DNA of 63,990 nucleotides, filler included, from Craspedostauros australis (Eukaryota), in the NCBI GenBank assembly GCA_030167865.1. It is 8 parts of 8 records of this genome, joined end to end, with 100 filler letters (N's around TTAATTAATTAA, not from the genome) between each part and the next. Parts side by side here need not be neighbours in the genome. Positions count along the whole stretch, not along the records: positions 2,606 to 31,102 come from JALAGF010000445.1; 7 more parts are not named here. One strand, 5' to 3'. The notes below the pieces were generated by a model, which was not told the origin of the DNA, made no database searches, and saw only the letters and a list, made by a program, of their open reading frames with translations. Each line of letters opens with the position of its first letter. Within the stretch, counting starts at the first letter, position 1. The position numbers and the translations under genes were made by a program. Below, piece after piece: positions 7,627 to 19,025 of this stretch.

Positions 7627-10600
7627 TCATGCAAGGAAGTACCGTGATCCACTGCCTGTTGTCACCACCTCACTGTTTGCAACGTTCCCCTTAGCGATTG
7701 GACTTGTCGTGATGCGCTCGCCATCGTCGAAGGACGGCGAACCGCTGATCAACCCCGTGATCGATCCGTCTCGGTTCTTCCTCCATCGCTTCAGTGTCGG
7801 AATTCCTCTTGGTGCCGTCTTGGCGGGTTTGGCAGCGGGCTTCTTCACGTTGAGCGTGGAGCGTGCTGGTGGTGGAGATGCCTTTCGTGCTGGAGCTGCA
7901 GGTTTAGCGGGTGCCTTTTTCTCGTCGCTGCCAGCCAAACCGAACAGGGAGAATGTCTGTCTTGGCGTTGGTTGTGGCTTTGACGCTGCAGGCTTTGGCT
8001 TGGTTGGTCGGACGTTTTCTTTCTCCTTCCTCATGTTCGTAAGCTGGATGGTACCTCCCTTGTTGAAGGAGAGGTTCTCGATGGCTGCTGCAAATCCCGT
8101 GCTGGCGGGCTCGGCGCTCAAAAAGTAGCGGCTGCCGGATGACGTCTGCACCACAGATCCGTTCTCGATCTTACCTCTCGATATCTTTGATGTCTCGACG
8201 GTCTCGCCGTCCGGGAAGGTTGGCGAATCGAAGATCTTTCCAGTGATGCCTCCTTCATGTGTAGGAGTGTTGTCGTCGCAGGCAGTCACGTCGCCGACGG
8301 TCAAGTTGTATTGCGGGAGAGTGTTGGATCCAAGCAGATGATAATGATCATGATCGTGTAGAGTATGGCAATGAAATACATGTACGCGCAGAGTAGAGTA
8401 TACATTAGTACAATCACCCACAGCATCGTTCAATATTCATGCACAACACGAACGCGGGTGAGATGTCGCCTGGATTGATTGATTGATCGTTTGTTTGCTT
8501 TGACAAAACGAAGGGAAAGTGGATATGCAACACCTGCAAGACTCGCACCAATGCGTTCTGCGACATCATCAACATCAACAGCGACGGCAACGATTGCACA
8601 ATGGTCACTTACCATCGCTCCTTTCCTTCCATGATCTCATTGTAGGGACGCCTCTCGGGGCCTGCTTGGCGGGCGGCGCTGAAGTTTTCTTGGCCGGTGC
8701 TGGGGTAGCCGCGGCCTTCTTAGCTGCCGCAGCTTGCTCTCGCTTCTGTTGGGCCAAGGCCGCGGCTTCTCGCTTTTGCTGAGCCTCGGCCTTCTTCTGT
8801 TCGGCGAGCGCTGCGGCTGCCTCGCGCTTCTGCGAAGCTTCAGCCTTCTTCTGTTCGGCAAGTGCAGCAGCAGCTTCGGTCTTCTTCTGGGCCTCGGCCT
8901 TCTTCTGTTCGGCGAGCGCTGCGGCTGCCTCGCGCTTCTGCAAAGCTTCAGCCTTCTTCTGTTCGGCAAGCGCAGCAGCAGCTTCGCGCTTCTGCTGGGC
9001 CTCGGCCTGCTTCTGTTCGGCGAGCGCTGCGGCTGCCTCGCGCTTCTGCAAAGCTTCAGCCTTCTTCTGTTCGGCAAGTGCAGCAGCAGCTTCGCGCTTT
9101 TGCTGGGCCTCGACCTTCTTCTGTTCGACGAGCGCTGCGGCTGCTGCCTTCTTGGCTTCAGCCTCCTGCCTTCGTCTTTCCGCCGCGGCTTGCTGGTCGG
9201 CGATAGCGGCAGCACGTTTTGCCTCGGCCTCTCTCTTCTTCTCTTCGGCTTGCTGTTGTCTCTTTTGCTGCACCTGCGAGGGTGATGCCGTAGCACGCCC
9301 CGCAGCAACGCCGGTGGTCTTGGGTGCAAGGTAATACCTGTGGGAGTGTTCGGGAATGGTTAGAGAAGTGGAATGTCATTGGAGAAAAGAAAAGCGCACC
9401 ATGGTGAGTCGCATGATGCAATTGTTGAAAGAGCAATGCCAAACACGTGCAGTACAACTGTGTCTGGGCACAAGCGCAGTCTGTCATTGCAAGCATCGCA
9501 GCAAGTGGAATCAGGTAGAGCAGGGTAGAGTATACACTTCCCCTCGTCGCGGTGGCTGTGCCATACTTCAGCTCGTCAGGCGCGACATCAGCATCAACGT
9601 CAATATACATGACAATATCTGCACTTACTTGGATCCGGATGATGTGGTCACCACTGTTCCGGATGTGGCACCCTTCAGGACTGGTGAGGTCGTGACGCCT
9701 TCGCCATCTTGGAAGCCTCTGGCACCGCTGATGGCGCCGACGATGGCCCCGTCTCTGTTCTGCTTCCAGTTGGAGATGACTGGGACACCACGAGGCACGT
9801 TGGTGACGCTCTTCGGTGGTGGCAATGGTGCGCCAAGATCCTTGGCCGCCGATTCCCTGTCACCTTCAAAGCCGAACAACGCTCCGAGTGAGAATGTGCT
9901 GCGTGCCTTTGCTGTGCCCAAGGCCTCTTCGACCTTCGCTGGCGTCGCGGCAGTCTTCTTGCCTGCCATCTGCTCACGCTTCGCAGCAATCGCCGCGACC
10001 GCTGCTGCTGTCTTCTCCTCCTGCGCCTGGCGCTTCTCCTCTGCAGCTCTAGCCTTGGCCTCCTTCTGCTCTTGCGCCTTTTCGGCAGCTATCCTCTTCT
10101 TCTCAGCCAGCTCCGCAGCCTTCTTTTCTGCGGCTTCTGCCTTCAGCCTGGCTTGCTCCTCTCGCTTCTGCTTTGCGGCTTCCTTCTGCTCTTGGATGCG
10201 ACGACGCTCCGTCTCGAGTCTCTCTGCTTGGTCCGATGCCGACTTGTCTGCGGTTGACTGATCGGGTGTTCCGAGCGACGGAATGTTAAGGCCGGCCAAA
10301 TTGAAAGATGGTCGTGGTGACTGCGGTGGTTTGACTTCAGAAGCAGCAGCAGCTGGAGCCGCAGCGGCAGGCTTCTTTGGCGTTGCTTTTTGTTGTGGTG
10401 CGCCTAATCCAGGGATGGAGAAGGATGGACGAGGGGAGCTCGGCTCCGACTTTGCTGGTTCGTCCGCCTTCTTACTGATGTCAAAAGATGGAATCGAGAA
10501 AGATGGACGTGGTGGCTGTGGCGCCTGCTGCGGAGGCTTCTCCTGAGGAGCCTCCTTGGCAGCCTTCTTGGGAGCAGCTGCAGCAGCTTCGGCAGGGGCG

Positions 10601-11865
10601 TCCTTGTTGGCTTCCAGGAACGGGATGGAGAACGATGGCCGAGGCGCCTCAAGCTTTGGCAGCTGCAGAGAAGGCCGTGGCAGTTCCGGCTTGCGAGCTG
10701 GCGGGGTTGGCGGTGTTGGTGGCACAGCACTTTCGGTGATAGCTGGTGGCGCGACCTTTGGTGGAATTGCCTTGGACGAAGGTTCGCCCTTGTCACCACC
10801 AACGATGTTCGAGACGGATGTTTCGAGCTCGTTGAGTGCCTTGCCAGGAAGCGAGACGACATCATCCACGGCCTTCTCGACGGCGTCGATGGTGTCATCA
10901 ACTGCACCTTCGATGGCCTTTTGGGTGCTGGTCACGGTGGTGTCAACTGCATTCTTCGTGGCCTTGGCCACGCGTCCTGGAGTTGCTTTGATTTCCCCCG
11001 CGACTTCCGCGGCTGCCTGCTCGACGACATCGGCCACCTTGCCTGGGATGGCCGCGATCTCCTGCCCTGTTTCGTCGACCTTCTTCGCAGTGGCATCGGC
11101 CACCTTGCCTGGGATGGCAGCGATCTCCTGCGTCGTCTCGTCCACCTTCCTCGCTGCCGCGTCAGCGACCTTGCCAGGGATGGCGGCGAGCGCCTGCGTC
11201 GTCTCGTCGACCTTCTTTGCTGCTGCATCGGCCACCTTACCAGGAATGGCTTTGAGCTCGTTGGCTGTCTTTTCGACTTGGTCTTGCGCCGCCTTTGCCA
11301 CGAACTCAGCCGCGCTCTTGACTGCTCCGCCAATGGCACCGCCGACAGCGCCAGCAGCCTTGCCGAGGAAGCCCACCACTGGGTTGTCGAGGACTCCTGA
11401 TCTCCGGGCTGCCGGTGCTCTGAGCGGAGGTGGTGTCGCAGCCGGACGCTTCGCTGCCGCTTTTGGCTTTGGAGCCGGTGTGGGTTTCTTCGGTGCTGGC
11501 GGCGGGTTGGATGCTTTGGTGGCCGCTGGTGCCGATGTTGGTTTTGAGTTCGCCGGCGTCTCCTGGATGGCAGCCTCCGCCACCTTCAGGGCCTCCTCCG
11601 TCTCTGCCAACACCTTGTCGATGCTTGGCTCCAACTCTTTGTTGGTCTTGTCATCTCCGTCCTTCGCAGCGAAAAGCGCATGCGGGTACGGCGCCGGCGT
11701 GAACGACAATGTGTGATGCTGCTGTTGTTGTTGTTGTTGTCCGCTGCTCACAAAAGTGGCACCAGACCGAGTGCCTCCATGGCCAGCGTTCGATGTGAAC
11801 GCGCTGCCGACATCGACAGTGGCTGCTGTGCACAGGGCGAACCAGGCCACGAAATCAAGCTTCAT
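7627..11865 (-). CDS. ~1195-aa plastid-targeted protein with three PyShell/Shell-like domains; exons 11865-9629, 9337-8613, 8252-7627
   Basis: Signal peptide plus GSAF motif. GTAAGT donors and AG acceptors join three ORFs in frame and complete two split domains (SGSK|YYL; RSDG|GITG). Three copies of PRG(V/I)P..W....DG.I.G.I..S..F.DGE...TS......VV.T.SGS.Y(Y/F)L. Family name is from recall. Confidence 0.7.
8760..9150 (-). repeat. 54-bp coding tandem repeat (EAAAALAEQKKAEAQQKR, ~7 copies)
   Basis: Visible in the translation of 8605..9273 and in the DNA; boundaries approximate. Confidence 0.85.
10960..11250 (-). repeat. 66-bp coding repeat (AIPGKVADAAAKKVDETTQxxA, ~4-5 copies), LEA/apolipoprotein-like
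   Basis: 22-aa periodicity in ORF 9625..11865; boundaries approximate. Confidence 0.8.
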
Positions 11866-13005
11866 GGTGGTGGTGGCAACTACGACGACGACGACGACGA
11901 CGGTGCGGGTACGACTACGAGTGCGGATACAAGTGCAACAAGAAGTCGATCTCAGCCTCCAACCGGAATCGTGGGCTGTGATGAAGTTGGTGATCCAGCT
12001 ACAAACTGTGGGTCGAGGAGTATGTACCTCTCGGAATTGCCTTCCGCTCCTGAATCTGGCTGATGTGCACGAGTGTGGCTGATGTCCTCAACGTCGACAC
12101 GAACGCTTGTGTGACGAGGGGAGAGTTGTGGAGTGACTCTTATCGTGTGCAGAGTACGAGCACGATCTTGAGTACTCTTGGATCCCCTCTGCTCTGTTCG
12201 TATCTCCTCTCTCGTTGCTGTCGCTGGCTGTTGATGTTTGCTGTTGCGATGATTTGTGTGTGGATACGAGCTGTTTCACGTGTACATCGTACGAGTATGG
12301 TGGAGACAAGAGAAGAGCAGCGCAGCATGTGGGGGGATTGTTCTGATTCGGCGGCGCCAACGGGAGTTCGAATCAGGTCGCCGCCTGGGCACCTGCTGTT
12401 GGGCACAACACGTCGCAACTGATGGCTCAGCGGCCGAGGCGATGGATCGCAGATCACGGATCCCATCATGGTTGCTGCTGGGTCAGATTGACCATCATCG
12501 AAAGATCCGAACCCTTTGCTTTTTCCGGCTTTTGAACTCTTCTCTGCACAAAGATACGTTTTGGTATATCGGACTGACGTCATCGATACTACATGTACTG
12601 CTATATTAGTCTCAGTATATGGTCGAAACTCCATGGTGGTATTTAAATCGTCTGTCCGCTTCCCGTATGTTTCAAACGGCAACAACGCTTCACATCGCAG
12701 AAACAACGAAAGAGCGACCATGGCGCGCCCAATCACCAGATGGCGACGGCGCTGGTACATGTCAGTTCCCGCAGAGCACCGACTGTGATCCGCTCCTGTC
12801 CTCGCATTTCCTCACCGCGACAACACATCAAATCGCCGTCCCGACACGCTCGTATGAGAGCAACACGTCGTAAACGTTCCGCACTCGTCACACTCCACCA
12901 CCAACCGTCCTCGTAGCCTTTCGACGAGTATATCACGGTCATACTCCTGCAGTATCACGTCCAACGGCAGATCCAAACAGGCACGCCGAATATCTACGCA
13001 CTCCC

Positions 13006-13635
13006 ATGTCTTCCTCGAGGGCGGCCGCAGTGGCCAAGAAGTTCATAAAAAGTTCCAAACCAATCCAACGTGCCGCGGAAATCGTGCGCCAGGATGTGTT
13101 CGGTCATGCTCAGCAGCTCAACATTGGAAGTGGAAATAAGGTTGCCAAGAAGATGCTAACCGGGCCTTACCTGGAGCAGTACTATCCAACGCCGATCAGC
13201 ACGTACGCGAGAAAGGTGAGGCCGGACTTGCTGTTGTGTACGCAGTGGTGCTGTACTTGTAGAATAGAACACGAGGGATCAAGTTGTGCCGTCTCTTGCT
13301 TCAATCAGTGCCCCTCCTCTTCTGCCAGCTGTTGTTCGATTATTTTGCGTTCGAAGTATTCGACATCGTGGAGCTTGATGTGCTATGTGGAAGACGTAAA
13401 GCTCACGTTACCATACCTGCCGTGTCCATCACTTGTGCCAATCCACCTCACACCGATAAATGATATCCAATGCGGTGCCTGCGTACGCGCAATACCAAAC
13501 CACCGATCGACACAGGTAATGCCTGGTTGGGAGACGGATCAAGAGGAGTACAGACGAATCAAGAATCTGCAACAACGACGTCGTGGAAAGGGTGCACCAA
13601 AGAAGGGTGAGGGTGCCAGAGCCCAAAAGAAGTAG
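13006..13635 (+). CDS. MRPS33: Mitochondrial ribosomal small-subunit protein mS33; exons 13006-13215, 13516-13635
   Basis: VFG...SGNKVAKKMLTGPYLEQYYP and C-terminal RRRGKGAPKKGEG. Removing a 300-nt GT-AG intron gives 109 aa. Confidence 0.8.
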   Translation: MSSSRAAAVAKKFIKSSKPIQRAAEIVRQDVFGHAQQLNIGSGNKVAKKMLTGPYLEQYYPTPISTYARKVRPDLLLCTQWCCTCRIEHEGSSCAVSCFNQCPSSSASCCSIILRSKYSTSWSLMCYVEDVKLTLPYLPCPSLVPIHLTPINDIQCGACVRAIPNHRSTQVMPGWETDQEEYRRIKNLQQRRRGKGAPKKGEGARAQKK

Positions 13636-14255
13636 AGTTGTATGCACATTGCTGATGGAGTACTCAAACAAGAATGGACTCCACAGCGACAAGCGACATA
13701 GATTGGTCTGCTGTCGAGAAGCGGCAATAGAAGGGAAGGACTCTGCCTGTCGTCGGAACCAGCCACAAATTCATTCTTCAGCACTGATTTTCATCTCATG
13801 TTCATACTCGATAGTACCAGAGGCGATGCCTTGTCCACCAAAGCATGGAGCACGGGAAGGACAACATCAGCACACGCGGGCAGCGCAAAAGTAAGCTTGC
13901 AACAATCGGTCCTGGAGCAATGGTTGGTACAAACTGAAGTGGCAAAGGCCAAAAGATGAAAGAATTGCACAGCATTGAACGGCTCCACTCAACGAGTACT
14001 TGTATGCAACCAAAGTGCCGTGGAGAGCAGAAACTGTGTTCTCTTTAGAATGCTCTAGTCCGCTCCATTACGGTCCCTGTGATGGTCGTCCCTATCCCAT
14101 GACATGTCCTCATTCGGCGTGATCTGTATCCAAGCACACATACACTAGAGTACCAGTGCGTAACACGGGTCTTCCACAGTATTGGTATGCTCAGCAAGCT
14201 TCGGATGGTGTGTAACGTGTGCGCCATGCAAACACGAATTTCCATTCCCCCAAGC

Positions 14256-15464
14256 TTAGAGGCGCTTCAAACTCTTCTTCTTTGTCATTCGTGAGGAGCT
14301 GCCCTTGGATGAGGTACCACCAGACGACTTGCCGCTGCTGGATTTGATGCTGTTGGAGTTCTTGCTGGACAAAGGGTTAGACGTCTTCTCCCGGCTCGTT
14401 CGTCGTGCTGGGTCGTCGCCTTCCTGCTCAACCATCTTCTTGCTGACCATGGGTGCGGAGGATTCCTTATCGTTCGTACCTGGGCTTGCAGTCTTTCCAT
14501 GCACATCGGCCAACAGATGCGCACGCTTGTAGTACTCGTCGTAGCTGTCCATGAATAGCTTGCCAGCCTCATCGTTCAAGCTGCTTTCTGGGAACGGGAC
14601 GATGAGGAGGCATCGGATGACGCTGAGAACGTGAGAGAAGGTCGTGCTCGATGTCCAATCCTTCTTCAGTGTATTCACGCAGATCGCTCCTGTCGACATG
14701 TCCACATTTGGATGGTAGATCTTTGTCAGGAAGAATCCTCGTGGCGGCGATGATGGGAAGTCGCTGCCAAGGACGAGCTTCAGCTGAAACGACTTCTTCT
14801 CGTACGGTGTGCCCTGCGGACCTTCAATTTCGGCCTGCGATGCGTCCGCGACGCACGAGTGGTCGATATTCGCATGGTTTGTACGAGTGTGAGCAGCCGT
14901 GCAAGTTGTCCCGCCATATCATGGTGGTGTTGATATGAATATAGGTTGCAGAGTGCAGAGTGCAGAGTGCAGAGCGCAGACGTGTGAGCTGTGTGGACGA
15001 ACTCCGAACAAAATCTGCATCTCCGAATGAACAACTTCCTCACCGCGACAACGTTCTTGTTGTGCATCATCCCTTAGCCAAATGCTCGCATGGTATTATA
15101 CGTTGTACTGCCTCGAACGGCTGGTGCCCACTGTGGCAACGATAACGTTGCCAGGAGCAGGGACAGACACTCAAACTGAAGATGGCGGGACGCCAACGAT
15201 GCAATGATGAAGGAAAGAAGCACTTACGACCAGTTCGCCCAAGTTGCTTGGCATGCCGGTGTCACCGTCCACCACCAGTTTAATGCCCTCCGGTGGTCTC
15301 AGATGAAGATCACGAACTTCGCGGGCCACACGAGAAAGCGTTCGCGGTGGGAGGTTCTCCACCGAGCTGCCATTGCTCGAACCACGGCTGTACTGACGGT
15401 ACAGAGAGGCACGAGGCACCGAGGGCGCTGGGGTGGATGAGGTGGATGAGGTGGATGAAGACAT
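14256..15464 (-). CDS. UBE2S: Ubiquitin-conjugating enzyme E2 S; exons 15464-15228, 14834-14256
   Basis: Spliced product contains PPEGIK...AEIEGPQGTPYE...FLTKIYHPNVD..GAICVNTLKKDW...CLLIVPFPESSLNDEAGKL and the C-terminal KKKSLKRL tail typical of UBE2S. Confidence 0.9.
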
Positions 15465-16223
15465 GGTCGTCGCTTTTGGGAGTTCGCTTGGGTATCTGTT
15501 CCGAGTTGTGGCCACATGCAACGTCGCGCCATGAACTTTGTTCCTTGGCGAATGCCTCAACGATGATGTAGCTTACTTTCCCACAGGCAATCGTTTGTGT
15601 TGTTGGTCAATGTTCCCACTCCCACAACTCTGCTTCGCCTTCAGCCATCAACTCGGCCTTCTTCGTCACGGTTTCGAGTTGCATGTTGCACCTGTGCGCA
15701 CCGAGAGGCCCTCAACGGCACGCATCTGATCTGGAGAACTTTGCGAGGCGCATGGCAGCTCCGCCTTGCGCATCACTCTCCGGACAGAAACGTCCTCCCC
15801 TTCCGCAGTGGCAACCGGTCGTGTGTCTGTTGCTTTTCGGCTTGGTTTGAAAAAACCGTTGTTTCTGTTTTTGCATCAACGGCAATAACGGTTGCTGCAC
15901 GAGGTACTCCTGATGTAGTCGGATCAATCAAAAATGTATCGATCCATGCGACTACATGTTTCATTCCACGACTTGAACCATTTTCTTTCGCGAAACACCA
16001 CCGCCAACACAGTCGGAGTCAGAACGAAGAATGGCCAACATGGTGATCTTGGTTCGGTTTCGTCACGCAATTCGTCAAAGAATGCGTTGCGACGACCTTC
16101 ACCTCCACTTGCTTGTGTGGGCGGAAGTGGGAGTTCACCGACTCCTTGGTGTTCATCCTCACATCCTTGTGTACCATTCCATTATATTCTATTATATAAT
16201 ATTATACTTTGAATGGGAACACC

Positions 16224-17183
16224 ATGCATCCGCACATGATGATCGCATCGAGGAGATGGATGCGAAGAGAGGCAGCATCCTTCCTCGCGAACGCTTCAAA
16301 ACCAGCCTCAAAGTCGCCCGGTCTTGTCCAGAGATCGCCGCTGCTGGAAAACCAGCCAAGGCGATGGGCGTCGTCGCCGTCGGGTAGCGCGCAGAGCAGG
16401 TCGTACGATTTCTACAAGAAGAAGAGAGGTTCATGGTGGTCTCGCCGATCGAAGAAACGATTGACCGCCGAGGAACGCAACGTCCAAGTTGCATGGTACA
16501 TGACCGCTGTCGTGGTCGGCGCGGTGGGGGCAACGTACGCATCCGTGCCCCTGTACAAGATGTTCTGCCAGGCGACAGGCTTCGGCGGAACCACGCAGAG
16601 AGTCATCTTCGAAGGCGAGGCCGGTGAACCCAGTCGGTTGGAGAGGTTCTTCCGAAGCGCCCTGCAACAGGTCGCGCCCAAATCATCAGCACGCGTACAC
16701 ACGTGGACCGATGAGGAGGCGTCGGAGAGACTGGCTTCGCTGAAACCTGTGGACAACGCCAACCTCATCACTGTGCGCTTCGATACGACAGTCAGCGATG
16801 TCATGCCATGGTCCTTCGTACCTGTCCAGCTGGACGTCAAGGTGGTGCCAGGAGAGACCGCGCTCAGCTTCTTCCGAGTCACCAACCGATCAGACAAGGC
16901 CATCACCGGTGTGGCAACGTACAACGTCCATCCTCCCAAGGTGGGTCTATACTTTCAGAAAATCCAATGCTTCTGCTTTGAGGAGCAGCGGTTACTGCCC
17001 GGTGAGACGGTCGACATGCCCGTCTTCTTCTTTATCGATCCGGAGGTGCTCGATGACCCGCAGGTGTCGTACGTAACCGACGTCACTTTGAGCTACACCT
17101 TCTTCCAAACAGACGAAGACGATGACGAGGATTACGACTACGACGATGATAACGCCAACTCCAACATTGTGGAGGCAAATTAA
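16224..17183 (+). CDS. COX11: Cytochrome c oxidase copper chaperone Cox11/CtaG
   Basis: YASVPLYKMFCQATGFGGT, VVPGETALSFF, YFQKIQCFCFEEQRL, DMPVFFFIDP; Arg-rich N-terminus. Exact start uncertain. Confidence 0.93.
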   Translation: MHPHMMIASRRWMRREAASFLANASKPASKSPGLVQRSPLLENQPRRWASSPSGSAQSRSYDFYKKKRGSWWSRRSKKRLTAEERNVQVAWYMTAVVVGAVGATYASVPLYKMFCQATGFGGTTQRVIFEGEAGEPSRLERFFRSALQQVAPKSSARVHTWTDEEASERLASLKPVDNANLITVRFDTTVSDVMPWSFVPVQLDVKVVPGETALSFFRVTNRSDKAITGVATYNVHPPKVGLYFQKIQCFCFEEQRLLPGETVDMPVFFFIDPEVLDDPQVSYVTDVTLSYTFFQTDEDDDEDYDYDDDNANSNIVEAN

Positions 17184-17533
17184 TTGCAATCATGGGGCAG
17201 CAATGCCCGAAAAACTGTGGTAGAGGACCTACTAGAGCACTCTTGCAACTCAGCAATCAAGGAACCCTCGTTGCAATTGCACGGCCAACTGCCCATTCTA
17301 CAACATCTCGCTGGAGCATAATAGGACATGCACCCATGATATGTACTGGCACTCTAGAGAGAGAGAGAGACAGAGATCGCGCTTTTCTTCATCTAATTTG
17401 TGCACTGCGCTCAGCAACACCAGCACACAGCATCATCTGCTCTTCAATCGTCCTCGCACGTGTTTTCGTAGCCATCCATACTCCTCTCGTTCGTACACAC
17501 AGAGAGCGCGCATCGACATTACGTGGATGCAAT

Positions 17534-18410
17534 CTAACCAGCAAACGTACGTCGGCTCCATCCGACGTTGGCTCGTGGTACATCGAAGAAGTTGATGTAA
17601 ATGCGATCCTCCTTGACACCGAACGGTTCGAGAAGATCCGTGACATCGGACGTGATCTTCCCATTCGATTCCATGGCGATTGCACCGATCGAATACATGC
17701 AGGCAAGAGCTGTGGGTTCGTCAGATCCACCAAAGATCACGGCTGCCTTATCGACGATGCTGACAGCTGATCAGAGGATGGGTTGTGCGCCCAGGACCAG
17801 GCGTAGAGGTACCATTATTGTGCATTGTTTTTTTTTGCATCGGCGGGAAGGCGCATCGACAATGATTTCGGCGAGGCAGGGCGAGTGTCCGCAAGTTTGT
17901 GAGAGTTTGGACGTGATTCATTGCATTCCACTACATAACATTGCGTTACATTACATTCAACATGCATGCCAGCGACGAAGAAGTATGACATGTGCGGAAA
18001 TCACAGCAGCACCGCGCTGCGATGTGCACGATACATGTCTGCGGCATTGGATGGTGCAATGAAACCGCCTCTCGCGCATGTTTGACCTCAAACAAACTAT
18101 ACGTACCGATGTAGCTCTCTGGCTTCCCAGTATGAGCGCTCATGGCCTTCGAAATGGACTTCATGATGTCCATCTTCTTGTCGCCAAGATCGACATTCGT
18201 GGTCAAGATGAGCGAGGGATCTCCTGGAAGAGAACAGAATGGATGCTCCGCCCCTGCGTGATTGGCATCATTCATCCCTGTCGATGGACCGGACGACATG
18301 GTGGTGAGCCTCCTATCAGCAACTGGTAATGATTGATCGACGATGAAACCTGATGTTACGGTGCTCACGAGGGAGATGGCGGAAAGAATCAAATACTGCC
18401 AAGCTTTCAT
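17534..18410 (-). CDS. MIF: MIF/tautomerase family protein with N-terminal targeting peptide; exons 18410-18107, 17766-17534
   Basis: PSLILTTNV...TGKPESYIAV...IFGGSDEPTA...SIG...DRIYINFFDVPRANVGWSRRTF after GT-AG splicing. Hydrophobic N-terminus MKAWQYLILSAISLVSTVTSGF. Confidence 0.88.
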
Positions 18411-18500
18411 TCTGCACACTGAAGTCAATGTGGCCGCAAGAGCTGTTCCAAATGAGACCTATCGATTGATGCGAGTATTTGTGTTCGTATTGGTGTGAAC

Positions 18501-18557
18501 GAGTATGCGCACGAGGATGCACACGAGGATGCACACGAGGATGCGCACGAGTATGCG
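18501..18557. repeat. 12-bp imperfect tandem repeat (GCACACGAGGAT-like, ~4 copies)
   Basis: Seen directly in the intergenic DNA between the divergent MIF and F-box genes. Confidence 0.7.
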
Positions 18558-19025
18558 AAGCGTGCAGGCTGTGTCTCCTCCCTGCAACCTCCCGTGTGTC
18601 GGGCATCGTGGCGGATGAGGGTCCCTGTGACTGTCGCGGCCATGATGGCGCATTGTGTGCGTAGTTGCTGCAGGAGGTCGCCAAGAAACAGAACCTCGCA
18701 AAGATCTCGCCAAAGGCTGGATCTTCGGGTGGGTGTCACGACATGCATGACTCGGACGCTGTTTTTTCGGCCTTCGCGAACTCCGCGCTCCTCGTGTTTG
18801 GGAGACCCGCGGAATCTCCCAACAAAGCAAATCTCGACAGAATGCGCGATGGGACAGCACAAATCATGTCTGGTGTCCCATCAATGCACTTGAGATACTT
18901 TTACGAGTACGAGAACACACGAGTCGAGAGAGAGAGAGGATACACCTCTGCGCCAACACCCAAGCAGCGTCCAAACCAACAATACGACTAGATTGTATGA
19001 GCAGCAGTATAATAGAAGAAGCAAG

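Noticed and set aside
8637..11716. Long alternative-frame and antisense ORFs (8637..9329, 8734..9285, 9356..10261, 10556..11716)
   Set aside because: Shadows of a GC-rich repetitive coding sequence.
12140..12760. 206-aa ORF with hydrophobic start and KSKGFG motif
   Set aside because: No recognisable domain or convincing splice model; could be a small gene but is unsupported.
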